Shown here piece by piece: positions 29,609-39,490 of a stretch of 64,000 nucleotides of DNA (positions are counted from its first letter, which is position 1; each line of letters opens with the position of its first letter). Where the stretch lies: assembly GCA_965262915.1 (NCBI GenBank), contig OZ253564.1:3904001-3968000 (forward strand), read 5' to 3'. The notes under the pieces were generated by a model that ran no database searches, was not told the origin of the DNA, and saw only the letters and a program-made list of their open reading frames with translations. Source of the DNA: Candidatus Spongiisociaceae bacterium. GTDB taxonomy: Bacteria > Actinomycetota > Acidimicrobiia > Spongiisociales > Spongiisociaceae. Position numbers and translations under genes: made by a program.

Positions 29609-30708
29609 GGGGGACCGCGCTTTGACACAAGAGTGACCCGGTAGCGGAGGAGGAACTCCCCTGCCGCCACGAATAGCAGAACGAGCCCTTGCAGGAATAG
29701 GACGATATCGATCGGAATACCCATCTGCTGGAGCGCGGTCCCCGAACTGACGAGCCCGGACAGGAAGACCGCCACCGGTACCAGCATCAAGGGATGCAGT
29801 CGCGCCATGGAGGCCGCGATTATCCCGGTGAAGCCCACTCCCGTCTCCAGCGCCGTGGGCTGGAGTGCGTGGTTGACGCCGGCCACCTCAACGGCTCCGC
29901 CGAGGCCGGCCAGCGCGCCGGACACACACAGCACGGCGATGATGTTACGCGAGACGCTCATCCCGGCATACCTGCCGGCGGTCGGCGAGTCTCCGATGAC
30001 CTTCGTCTCATAGCCCCACCGGCTCGCCTTGAGGATCCACCACATCAGAACGGCGACAACGAGCGCTATGAGGAAGCCGACATGTAAGCGCCCCCAGAAC
30101 CGCGGAAGCTCCGCCACCTCGGGAATGGGCTTCCCGGTTGCGTAAGCAACGCTCTCCGGATCTCGCCAGTAGCTGAAGCTCCCGAATATCAGGTATTCCA
30201 TGAAGTGGGTCGCTATGAAGGTGAGCATGAGCGTGGAGATGACCTCATCGGTCGAGAAAAAGACCTTGAGCACTGCACCGATTCCGGCCCACAACATCCC
30301 GCCGACGATTCCTGCAACCATGATGGCGGGCATCAGCACCCAGAATGGTGATTGCGGTAAAGAAATGGCGATACCGCTTGCCGCGATCGCTCCCATCATC
30401 AGCTGGCCGTCCCCGCCGATGTTCCAGATTCTCATCCTGAACGAGACTGCTGCAGCGAGCGCCGTGAATACCAGCGGTGTGGACAGGAGAAGCGTTCTCA
30501 CCAGTGGATTCCTGCCACCGAAGGCCGATTGAAAGAGCTCTGCATAGGCTTCCAGCGGCGAGTGGCCGTCGACCGCCAGTGCGAGTGCACCGGCCAGCGT
30601 CGCCGTCAAGACGGAGGCAATCGGAACCACAATCCGGGCCTGCCACGAGGCCCTCTCCTTTGGCTCGAGACGCAGGCGAGCCCGCGGGATCTCGAAGGTC
30701 GCGCTCAT
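29605..30708 (-). CDS. ABC permease (NupB type), importer 3
   Basis: WNIGGDGQ; DEVISTLML; paralogue of 20422-21561. Confidence 0.93.
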   Translation of the reverse strand: MSATFEIPRARLRLEPKERASWQARIVVPIASVLTATLAGALALAVDGHSPLEAYAELFQSAFGGRNPLVRTLLLSTPLVFTALAAAVSFRMRIWNIGGDGQLMMGAIAASGIAISLPQSPFWVLMPAIMVAGIVGGMLWAGIGAVLKVFFSTDEVISTLMLTFIATHFMEYLIFGSFSYWRDPESVAYATGKPIPEVAELPRFWGRLHVGFLIALVVAVLMWWILKASRWGYETKVIGDSPTAGRYAGMSVSRNIIAVLCVSGALAGLGGAVEVAGVNHALQPTALETGVGFTGIIAASMARLHPLMLVPVAVFLSGLVSSGTALQQMGIPIDIVLFLQGLVLLFVAAGEFLLRYRVTLVSKRGPP

Positions 30709-30712
30709 CGAC

Positions 30713-32278
30713 TCACGATCTGCGTGCCCCGGCCATCATCAACCCGATCGCTTCGAGGTCGAACTCCATTGGATCCATCTCCCCGACGATTTCGCCCTCG
30801 AACATCACCAGAATGATATCGGCGAGGGCCCGGACCTCATCGAGATCCTCCGAGATGAGCAAGATGCCGAGTCCATTCCGTGCGGCGTTCACAAGGAGGC
30901 GACGGACAGAATCTGTTGCGGCAAGATCAAGCCCCCTCGTCGGAGATGCCGCTAGCAACACGTCCGGATCCTCCGAGATCTCGCGAGCCAGAATGGATCG
31001 TTGGAGGTTTCCTCCCGAGAGGAGGCGGATGGGGAGTTCGCCCCGGCCACCGCGGATATCGTATTCCGCCACCAGACGCTTCGCCCTCTTGCGGATCTCC
31101 CTTTCCGAGAGCAGTAGACCGCGCGAGATGGGATGCCGTCGGTAGGCCTTGAGAACGAGATTCTCCTTCAGGGACAGATTGGAAGCCAACCCCATCACAA
31201 GCCGGTCTTCAGGGACGAAACCGAATCCCGCCTTGATGCGCGCAAGCGGACTCCCATGGGTCACATCAACCCCATCGATCGTCACAGACCCCCCGGAAAC
31301 AGGACGCAGCCCGGCGATCGCCTCAGCGAGTTCGCGCTGCCCGTTACCGGCGACACCGGCGATCCCGACCACCCGGCCTCTGTGCACGTCGATGTTGACA
31401 CCCTTGACGGCGTCCCTCCCCCGGTCACCCAATACCGCCAGGTCTCTCAGTGCGAGAACCGGCTCCTCCGGTTCGGGTTCCCCAGCCGATGGAGCGCTGG
31501 GCTCCTTGTTTGGCCCGCGCAGGACGAAGTCTCTGCCCACCATCATCCTGGCCAGCCGGCTCGCATCGGCTTCAGCCGTGGCCACTTCGCCTGTCTTTCG
31601 ACCGTCGACCAGGACGGAGACCCGGTCGGAGACCTCCAACACCTCGTCGAGTTTGTGGGACACGAAGACGACTGCTCTTCCGTCCTCGGCGAGCTTCCGG
31701 ACCCTCGCGATGAGTAGGTGGGACTCCTGTGGCGTCAGGACGGCCGTCGGCTCGTCGAGGATCAGCACCCGCACTCCGCGATAGAGAAGCCGAAGGATCT
31801 CCACACGCTGTTGCTCACCGACAGAAAGCTGCCAGGTTCTTGCTGAAGGAGAAACGGGCAACCCCATATCTTCGATGAATTCGCCGATCTCTCTCTCGAT
31901 CTGGCTTCTGGGTAAACGTATCGGGGTTCTCGGATGTCCAAGCACCAGGTTCTCGGCCACGGTGAACCGTTCCACCAGCCTGAAGTGCTGGTACACCATG
32001 CCGATTCCGTTCGCCAAGGCGTCGCTCGGCGACCTGAAGACCACAGGTTGCCCGTCGACGGTGATCTCACCCGAGTCGGGCCGGTAAAGACCGGCGAGAA
32101 CCGAGCACAAGGTGGACTTGCCCGCCCCGTTCTCGCCCAGCAACGCGTGAACCTCGCCCCAGCGAAGGTCGAGGTCTATGCGGTCGTTGGCCTGGACTCC
32201 GTAGAAGGCCTTGGAGATCGATTCCAAGCGGACAGCGGCACCCGATGCTCCATGCGCACTCTTCGGTTCGTCAGCCAC
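30713..32278 (-). CDS. ABC ATP-binding protein (NupA type), importer 3
   Basis: GENGAGKSTLCSVLAGLYRPD is identical to importer 2; LSGGNLQR. Confidence 0.95.
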   Translation of the reverse strand: MADEPKSAHGASGAAVRLESISKAFYGVQANDRIDLDLRWGEVHALLGENGAGKSTLCSVLAGLYRPDSGEITVDGQPVVFRSPSDALANGIGMVYQHFRLVERFTVAENLVLGHPRTPIRLPRSQIEREIGEFIEDMGLPVSPSARTWQLSVGEQQRVEILRLLYRGVRVLILDEPTAVLTPQESHLLIARVRKLAEDGRAVVFVSHKLDEVLEVSDRVSVLVDGRKTGEVATAEADASRLARMMVGRDFVLRGPNKEPSAPSAGEPEPEEPVLALRDLAVLGDRGRDAVKGVNIDVHRGRVVGIAGVAGNGQRELAEAIAGLRPVSGGSVTIDGVDVTHGSPLARIKAGFGFVPEDRLVMGLASNLSLKENLVLKAYRRHPISRGLLLSEREIRKRAKRLVAEYDIRGGRGELPIRLLSGGNLQRSILAREISEDPDVLLAASPTRGLDLAATDSVRRLLVNAARNGLGILLISEDLDEVRALADIILVMFEGEIVGEMDPMEFDLEAIGLMMAGARRS

Positions 32279-32327
32279 AGGGACTCTGCATAGTCGCCGA
32301 CCGGGAAGCCCTCTTGCCGAGGACTGG

Positions 32328-33482
32328 TCAGGACTCAGCTATCTCGCCTTCGATATTCTGGTTCAGCCACGTACAACAAAGGACTCGCTCGTTCATCGGG
32401 ATGGTCTCGCCTGCGGCGATCTGCGTGTTTCCTTCATTGTCGACGACGGGCCCGGCGAAGATGTCGAACGTGCCGTCAATGATCTGTTGACGCCGCTCCA
32501 GCGCCCTATCGAGGACGTCTTGAGGAACGTCCTCGTGGAACTTGGAGAGCCCCATGACGCCGTCAGCCAGTCCCCCGTAGAAAAAGTGCGGCTCAAAGGT
32601 GCCATCACGGACCGACTCTGCCACCGAGACGTAGTAGGGACCCCACTCGTAGGTGAAGGAGGTGACCCAATGGTCGGGCGCCAGACCCGACTCGTCTTCG
32701 CCGTAACCGAGATACCACTTGTCCTCCCCAGTTGCCACCTGCGCCATGGCCGGCGAGTTCAGGTTGGAGACCAGCACGTCGGCGCCTGCCGCCACGAAAG
32801 CCTCCCCTGCCTGCTGCTCCTTTGGCGGGTCGAACCACGAGTTCGTGAATATGGCAATGACCCTGGCATCAGGGTTCACCTCCTGAACACCTAACGCGAA
32901 GCCGTTCAAATGCTTCACGACGCCCTCGAGCGGGAAACCAAGCACAGCACCTATGATGTTGGACTCTGTCATGGCACCGGCGATCATGCCGTCCACGTAC
33001 CTTCCCTCCTCGGAGGCGATATCAAAGGCCGCCGAGTTCTCCGTATTCTGGTACCCGCCCCAATGGAGGAACACGGTGTCGGGGTACTGGGGGGCCACCT
33101 CGAGGATGTCGGGCTGGAAGAAGCTCGTAAGAATGACAATGTCATAGCCATCCTCCGCAAGCTCCGCCATCGCAGCCTGGCCGGGCTGCCCGGGCAGGAT
33201 CTGCTCGACGTTGACAGTTTCGATCCCGGGAAGGTGCTGCTCCACGTATTGACGGGCGCGGTCGTGACCCTGGCCCCAGCCACCAACGATACCGCCGTCG
33301 TAGATCCACGCCATCCGGAGACCCTCACCAGGCATACTTGCCTCAGTGGTTGCCGGGGCTTGCGTAGTCGGCGCCTGAGTCGTCGGCGCCTGAGTCGTAG
33401 CAACCTCATCGTCACCGCAAGCTACCGCGACGAGCATCAAGACCGCAGCTACAACAACCGCCTTGGTCATCCGATGGATCAT
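32328..33482 (-). CDS. BMP-family ABC substrate-binding lipoprotein, importer 3
   Basis: Lipobox AVAC; TTQAP repeats; GGWGQGHD; NGFALG; TNSWFDPPKE. Confidence 0.93.
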   Translation of the reverse strand: MIHRMTKAVVVAAVLMLVAVACGDDEVATTQAPTTQAPTTQAPATTEASMPGEGLRMAWIYDGGIVGGWGQGHDRARQYVEQHLPGIETVNVEQILPGQPGQAAMAELAEDGYDIVILTSFFQPDILEVAPQYPDTVFLHWGGYQNTENSAAFDIASEEGRYVDGMIAGAMTESNIIGAVLGFPLEGVVKHLNGFALGVQEVNPDARVIAIFTNSWFDPPKEQQAGEAFVAAGADVLVSNLNSPAMAQVATGEDKWYLGYGEDESGLAPDHWVTSFTYEWGPYYVSVAESVRDGTFEPHFFYGGLADGVMGLSKFHEDVPQDVLDRALERRQQIIDGTFDIFAGPVVDNEGNTQIAAGETIPMNERVLCCTWLNQNIEGEIAES

Positions 33483-33803
33483 CTTGACTCCTCCCTATTC
33501 GAACCTGCCGTACACACTGCCTTGCGGTTACGCCGACGGGTCCTCCGAAAATCCGACACTAGCAACGATAGGTCGACAGTGACCTCCGTTGTCCGGCTTA
33601 TCGAGTTTCGGGGAGCTCCTAGGAGGATGCTGAATTACCCCCGGTTGGCCCGGCCGTCGATAACAAACTACCTGTTCAGGGAATGCCGGGCCAAGCGCTG
33701 CCATCGTTTTTCGGCACCCTCCAATGCCAAGTTGGGGGCAGGCGCACACCGAAAGCACAACTCGCTCGGTCCCCGCGCTGCGGTCGATCGAGTCGGGGCG
33801 GTC

Positions 33804-34556
33804 TCATTGAAACATCAGACCTCCGTTGACGATGAGCGACTGCCCGGTGATGAAGTCGGATTCGGGCCCTGCGAAGAACAGGGCCGCCCCCACCATATCG
33901 TCCGGAACCTGGGTGCGCTTGAGGGACCGGTTGGCCACGATCCTCTCGTTCACCTCATGGCCCTGTTTGGTCAGGATCTCGTCGTCCGGGATCAGGTCCG
34001 GGGCCAGGGTGTTGACCCGGATTCCATCGTCACCCACTTCCCGGGCCAGCGACCTCGTGAAGCCCACGAGCGCTGACTTCGAGGCAACGTAGTGCAGGAA
34101 GCCGGGTATGCCTTCCCAGGCCACGGTGGAACTGATGTTGATGATCTTCCCGTAGCCCGCTTCCTTCATGTATGGATGGACGGCCCGGCAGCAGAGGAAC
34201 ACGCCCCGAACGTTGACCGCCATCGCCAGATCCCATTCCTCGTCGGTGAGGTCGATCCAGGGACCTACGGTCGCTTTCTTGAAGAAGGCGGCATTGTTGA
34301 TGAGGATGTCGATCCTTCCGAACCGATCGTGAACGGTCTTGGCCATCTTCTCCGTGGAACGCCGGTCGGCCACATCTACTTCGACTCCGAGCGCGGTACC
34401 GCCGAACTCCGATATCTCCGCCACCGTCGAAGAGGGGTCTGATATATCGGCAACCGCCACGGCGGCGCCCTCCCGAGCCAGCCCGAGACAGTACGCGCGC
34501 CCTAGTCCCTGTGCGCCTCCGGTCACGATCGCCACACGCTCGCGAAGCAGACTCAT
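33804..34556 (-). CDS. Short-chain dehydrogenase/reductase
   Basis: TGGAQGLG, NNAA, NISS, YVASK; paralogue of 25408-26163. Confidence 0.93.
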   Translation of the reverse strand: MSLLRERVAIVTGGAQGLGRAYCLGLAREGAAVAVADISDPSSTVAEISEFGGTALGVEVDVADRRSTEKMAKTVHDRFGRIDILINNAAFFKKATVGPWIDLTDEEWDLAMAVNVRGVFLCCRAVHPYMKEAGYGKIINISSTVAWEGIPGFLHYVASKSALVGFTRSLAREVGDDGIRVNTLAPDLIPDDEILTKQGHEVNERIVANRSLKRTQVPDDMVGAALFFAGPESDFITGQSLIVNGGLMFQ

Positions 34557-34923
34557 CCATTGAACCTCAAGGTCGAGACCAGAACCGCGGATTGTCGGTC
34601 CCGACTCGGCCTGTACTCCCGACTCGCCAGGGTAACACCTCGTTCCTCAGGCTCCCTGCCGGTTAGTATGAGCAAGCGGACAGTTCGACTGGACCCGAAT
34701 GCTGATCGGGCTACGGTGACGGCGCCTCCAATCGGCGTGATGAGGGTGACGACGACATCTCCTCAACGAACGGTATCCGAATTCGAATTCAAGAAGGTAA
34801 GCTCGCCGGCTCTTGAGCAACAGAGTCCGGAAATGCTGTCCCCAGGCTGTCTTGTTTCCCTGCAGACCCACCGCCGGGGTCATCCGGCTCCAGCGGGCTG
34901 CTAAACGGAGGGGGTTAGCTGCA

Positions 34924-35979
34924 ATGACGAACTACGTTGATTTACCGGAGAGCTCGATCCACAACGAATTGGACGCCGCCACCGAAATGCGCCTCTACGC
35001 AGCGATGCGGAACTTCTGGCATCCGGTCATGTACGCGGGCGACCTTGAGGACGATCCCGAACCCGCCGTCCTACTCGGCGAACAGCTGGTGCTTGCGCGT
35101 ATGGAAGGTGCGGTACGGAGTTTCCGCGATCTGTGTTGCCACCGAGGGGCCGCCTTGTCGCTCGGCTGGAACGAAGGAACCCAACTGCGTTGTTTGTATC
35201 ACGGCTGGACCTACGGAGTAGACGGTGTTTGCACCTCGATCCCCGCTCGTTTCGGTATGAGGATCCCGACTCGTGCGAGGTTGAAGGCTTTTCATGCGCG
35301 CGAGGCGGCGGGTTTGATCTGGGTTTGCCTGGCGGACCAGCCGGTATTCGATATTCCCGAGTTCCCGGAGTTCGAGAATCCGACGTTCAAGGTTCTCCAA
35401 GGGCCGTTCTATGACTGGAGAACGAGCGCCCATCGGCGACTCGAGAACTTCATGGACTTTGCCCACTTCGCCTACGTGCACGACGGTGTGCTCGGGAGCA
35501 GGGACGATCCCGAAGTTCCCGATCATGACGTATGGAAGGAAACCGATTCGGAACTCGCGTTCTACCGAACTGTGAAGGAACCGATCGAGGGCCTCACCGG
35601 CTACGAATCGGATGAAACACTCGTCGACGTCGACTACACCTACCGGCTGACAATGCCCATCAGCATCCATTTCGACCGTCACTACCTTCCCGGCGAGTCG
35701 CGCTACGTCTTGTTTCTGGCTTGTTCACCGGTCGGCCCCAAACATACTCGGTCGTTCTGGTTCCTGGCCAGGAACTATGCCCTCGACGCGAACGATCAGG
35801 AGTTCCTGGACTTCGAGCGGTTCGTCCAGGAACAGGACCGTCCGGTCGTCGAGAGCCAACGACCCGAGATGCTCCCCTATGATCTCACCGCCGAGTTACA
35901 CGTGAGAGCAGCGGACAAAGTCTCCGTTGCCTACCGGCGATGGCTAGTCAAGTTGACCAGCGAACTCAATCCAGCCTGA
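34924..35979 (+). CDS. Rieske oxygenase alpha subunit 4 (NdmA/NdmB-like)
   Basis: CCHRG...CLYHGW; ENFMDFAHFAYVH; QDRPVVESQRP...ADKVSVAYRRWL. Confidence 0.93.
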   Translation: MTNYVDLPESSIHNELDAATEMRLYAAMRNFWHPVMYAGDLEDDPEPAVLLGEQLVLARMEGAVRSFRDLCCHRGAALSLGWNEGTQLRCLYHGWTYGVDGVCTSIPARFGMRIPTRARLKAFHAREAAGLIWVCLADQPVFDIPEFPEFENPTFKVLQGPFYDWRTSAHRRLENFMDFAHFAYVHDGVLGSRDDPEVPDHDVWKETDSELAFYRTVKEPIEGLTGYESDETLVDVDYTYRLTMPISIHFDRHYLPGESRYVLFLACSPVGPKHTRSFWFLARNYALDANDQEFLDFERFVQEQDRPVVESQRPEMLPYDLTAELHVRAADKVSVAYRRWLVKLTSELNPA

Positions 35980-36087
35980 GCCTCCGACGCTCAAGCCCTA
36001 TTCCGCGGCAACGGCAACGCCGGCCCCTTACCATGGCACCACAGTAGGAGGCTGGCTCGAGGCATGTTTACCGGGTCGTATATTCCT

Positions 36088-36957
36088 CTATCGGCCATTG
36101 AGAAAGAGGCGCTCCGCGTTTCCGAAGAGTACAGCCTCAATGTCTGGCGCTTCGCTACCGTATTGTTTTAGGATCCGAACTGTTTCACTGTACAGTTCCA
36201 TGAACTTGTCCGGACTCCACGGGCTCGAGTCAGAACCAAACATAAGCCGCCGAGCGCCGAACCCTGGGAGGCAGTGCCGGAAAGTCTCCTCATAGAGTGC
36301 TATCGGTAGCTGTGACCAGGTGAGATCGATCCACACGTTCGGAAGATTGGCAAGGCACAGTGTCTCCTGCCACAGCGGTCGCCCGGCGTGCCCGACTATG
36401 ACCTGCAGGTTGGGGAAGGTCCGAGCCACCGCATCCAGATCAATCGGTCGGCAATAGGTTACAAGGTTGCCAGTCGGCCGATCCGAATCCGACGATCTCG
36501 TATAGATTGCACCTGTATGAAACATGATCGGAATACCTGCACCTTGGCAGTAGTCATAGAAATCGAACGCTCGTCGATCATCAAAGTGGTATGGCCGTCC
36601 GTCACTCGACCAGGCAGGAACCGGTGCTAGTTTCACACCTACGAATAAACCGGATCCGAAACACGACTCCAGCGTCCTTATGGCGTCACCAGTCTGGCGT
36701 GGATCGACAACAGCCATCCCACGAAAGCGATCTCCGAACCATGTACAGAATTTCGTGGTACGCGCCCAATCCCAATCGAATACGAAGGCATGAGTAATCC
36801 CGATCCTGTCTTGCTTCTCGATCCACTCCTGGCCAAGTACACGAAGCCGATCGTCGGCTATGGGAGTAGTTCTCGGCCCGGTTGGGCCACTGTGTGGACT
36901 ATCTTTGTAGAGATTGACTATGGAACTCAAGTGATTGTGTATGTCGATGACAGCCAT
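36088..36957 (-). CDS. Amidohydrolase_2 family protein (hydrolase/decarboxylase fold)
   Basis: IDIHNH, FVGVKL, FHTG, LQVIVGHAG, NVWIDL, FGSD, NAERLF. Confidence 0.88.
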   Translation of the reverse strand: MAVIDIHNHLSSIVNLYKDSPHSGPTGPRTTPIADDRLRVLGQEWIEKQDRIGITHAFVFDWDWARTTKFCTWFGDRFRGMAVVDPRQTGDAIRTLESCFGSGLFVGVKLAPVPAWSSDGRPYHFDDRRAFDFYDYCQGAGIPIMFHTGAIYTRSSDSDRPTGNLVTYCRPIDLDAVARTFPNLQVIVGHAGRPLWQETLCLANLPNVWIDLTWSQLPIALYEETFRHCLPGFGARRLMFGSDSSPWSPDKFMELYSETVRILKQYGSEAPDIEAVLFGNAERLFLNGR

Positions 36958-37110
36958 GTAAGTATGGCCTCCCCTCTATCGTGACCCAGAACCTCTCCCG
37001 AACTAGATGTTGATGGTATCAGAACGGTATCGTCGTTCTGGATATAGCTCCTAGGCTGTAGCAATTACACCGAGGGAGAGATCGGTAGGCAGGAGAGCCA
37101 CCAGAAAGCC

Positions 37111-37988
37111 TCATTTCGGTCCCTTCAAGAACAACCTCTCAGCATTCTTGTACATAACCCGAGCGATATCCGACTCACTGCACCCTCTCTGTCGAAGAAG
37201 GTCGACGGTCGCCGCATGGAGTGTTTCACACTTGTCGCTCGACGAGGGAGTGGAATCAGATCCGAACATGACACGATCCAGACCGAATCCGAGCAAGGAG
37301 TACCGGATACTTTCCTCGTAGAGTGCTGTCGGCAACTGTGACCAAGTGAGGTCAATCCAGACATTCGGGAGATTCGCGAGGCATAGTGTCTCCTGCCACA
37401 GAGGTCGCCCTGCATGTCCCACAATGACCTGAAGATCGGGGAAGGTACGAGCAATCACATCTAGATCGAGAGGATGGCAGAACTTGACTAGATTACCGGT
37501 CGGATGGCGCGAGTTGGCCGACTTGGTATAAATCGCTCCCGTGTGGAATAGGATCGGCAGCTTCTTACTCTGGCAATAACTGTAGAAGTCGAAAGCAGCC
37601 GGATCATTGAGACGATAGGGTCGACCGTCAATCGACATGTTCGGAGTCGGTGCCAACTTGATTCCCAGAGAAATACCTGTTGCCGTGCTCTGTTCTACTT
37701 TCTTGATCGAGATTGCGGACGACCGGGGATCTACCACAACCAATCCGTAGAATCGGTCAGGGAACCAGCGACAGAAGCGCTCTACCCATGCAGAATCCCA
37801 ATCGAAGACAAGCGCTCGTCGTATGCCGACCCGGTCCTGGCTTCCATCCACGCCACACCCATCCGTTTCAGGTCACCATCCGCCACAGGGTAAGATCGTC
37901 GCGAGGAAGGACCGGGATACTCATAGCTCTCGTCATCGTACATGTTGAGGGAGAACGTCAAATGGTTGTGAATGTCGAAGGCTCTCAA
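37111..37988 (-). pseudogene. Amidohydrolase_2 paralogue with a single-base frameshift near 37840
   Basis: The N-terminus LRAFDIHNHL...WMEA is in one frame and QDRVGIRRALVFDWD... in another. The neighbour reads WIEKQDRIG continuously. Could be a sequencing error. Confidence 0.8.
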
Positions 37989-38082
37989 TTGGCACCCCAA
38001 TCGCCGTGACCGACCATCACACAGCAACGGTGTGACTTATCCTCATGATTGACTATACACTCAGGCGTTTCCCGAGGTGCCG

Positions 38083-38118
38083 GGGTTCGGGTTCGGGTTC
38101 GGGTTCAGGTTCGGGTTC
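38083..38118. repeat. Hexamer tandem repeat (GGGTTC)x6, one unit AGGTTC
   Basis: Read directly; lies in the divergent intergenic region between the amidohydrolase_2 pair and the formamidase. Confidence 0.9.
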
Positions 38119-38349
38119 TCTTCCTAGCAAGCCAGCGTGTGAGAAGATTCCGGGGCGTTCACTCGAAAGACGCAAGACGGTCCGGGGCAGATCCACAACG
38201 CAAAGATTCTCCGGGAGCCCGCCGGCTCAGAAAGAAGTTGCCCGGACCGGCATACTCTCTTGCCGTTTGGGCACGACCGCTACTTCAGCGAGTGACGGGC
38301 CAGGAGCAATCGTCTTCGTTCAGAATTCGGCTAGGGAGGGGATCCGAAG

Positions 38350-39456
38350 TTGACCGTCCATGAGATTCGAATCGACTACGGTGTTCCCCTCTCACGGGAA
38401 CCGCACAAGGGTCACAACCGGTGGCACCCGGCGGTGGACCCGGTGCTCCGGTGTCGCGCCGGTGACGAGGTTGTCATCGAAGCTCGCGACGGAACGGATC
38501 TTCAGTTCAACTGCGATTCGACCTCCGCGGACATCGAATCGATGAACCCGAGCCGTGTCCATCCCCTGACCGGTCCCATCTACGTGGACGGTGCCGAACC
38601 CGGTGACCTACTTGCGGTCGAGATCCTGGATGTCGCTACCGGCTCGTTCGGGTTCACGGCCCAGATTCCGGGCTTCGGGTTTCTTAGGGACAAGTTTCCA
38701 GAGGCGCATCTGACGCGTTGGGAGATCGCCGGCGGTTGGGCAACGTCTCCCGACCTGGCCGGAGTGAGAGTGCCCGGCGCTCCTTTCATGGGGATCATGG
38801 GCGTCGCCCCCTCCACCGAGATGCTGCTCCGCGTCACGGCCCGCGAGGACGAAATGTTACGACGGGGAGAGCTCGCGTTGCCGCCTGAACCGATGGGCGC
38901 TGTTCCCGCGGGGGGTGACATCGCCGAGACGGGTTTGCGGACCATCCCGCCGCGCGAGAACGGTGGCAACGTCGACATCAAGCAACTGACAGCGGGGACA
39001 ACAGTATTGCTACCGGTATTCGTGGAAGGCGCCCTGTTCTCGGCCGGGGACGGCCACTTCGCCCAAGGAGACGGAGAGGTCTGCGGGACGGCAATCGAAA
39101 CCAACGCAACCCTCCGAGCCCGTTTCGGTCTCCGCAAGGGGCAGGCGACGGGCCCCGGCGCGGGGATACGGTTCGAACAGTCCGACAGGAGCAGGCCCAT
39201 CGGCGGTCCGACCTACGCGACCACCGGTCTACCGATCGACTCGGAAGGAGTCGGTCACGCCGAGAACCTCACATTGGCCGCGCGGAACGCCACGCTGAGC
39301 ATGATCGACTACCTTGAGGCTCCGCACGGGTACACCCGACAGGAGGCTTACACGATCTGCAGCGTGGCCGTAGACCTTCAGGTCAGCGAGGTGGTAGACG
39401 TCCCGAACTTCGTGGTTACGGCCTTCCTCCCCCTCGCGGTGCTCGGCGGCGCGTAG
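38350..39456 (+). CDS. Acetamidase/formamidase (FmdA/AmdA family)
   Basis: HNRWHP; HPLTGPIYVDGAEPGD; PPRENGGNVD; GDGHFAQGDGEVCGTAIE; VVDVPN. Confidence 0.93.
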   Translation: MTVHEIRIDYGVPLSREPHKGHNRWHPAVDPVLRCRAGDEVVIEARDGTDLQFNCDSTSADIESMNPSRVHPLTGPIYVDGAEPGDLLAVEILDVATGSFGFTAQIPGFGFLRDKFPEAHLTRWEIAGGWATSPDLAGVRVPGAPFMGIMGVAPSTEMLLRVTAREDEMLRRGELALPPEPMGAVPAGGDIAETGLRTIPPRENGGNVDIKQLTAGTTVLLPVFVEGALFSAGDGHFAQGDGEVCGTAIETNATLRARFGLRKGQATGPGAGIRFEQSDRSRPIGGPTYATTGLPIDSEGVGHAENLTLAARNATLSMIDYLEAPHGYTRQEAYTICSVAVDLQVSEVVDVPNFVVTAFLPLAVLGGA

Positions 39457-39490
39457 CAGTGCCGCGGCCGGATCATGCCGATGCACCGAA

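Noticed and set aside
17134-35979. Saxitoxin or other toxin biosynthesis, suggested by SxtT-like Rieske enzymes
   Set aside because: No PKS-like SxtA, amidinotransferase or carbamoyltransferase is present; importers and hydrolases point to degradation.
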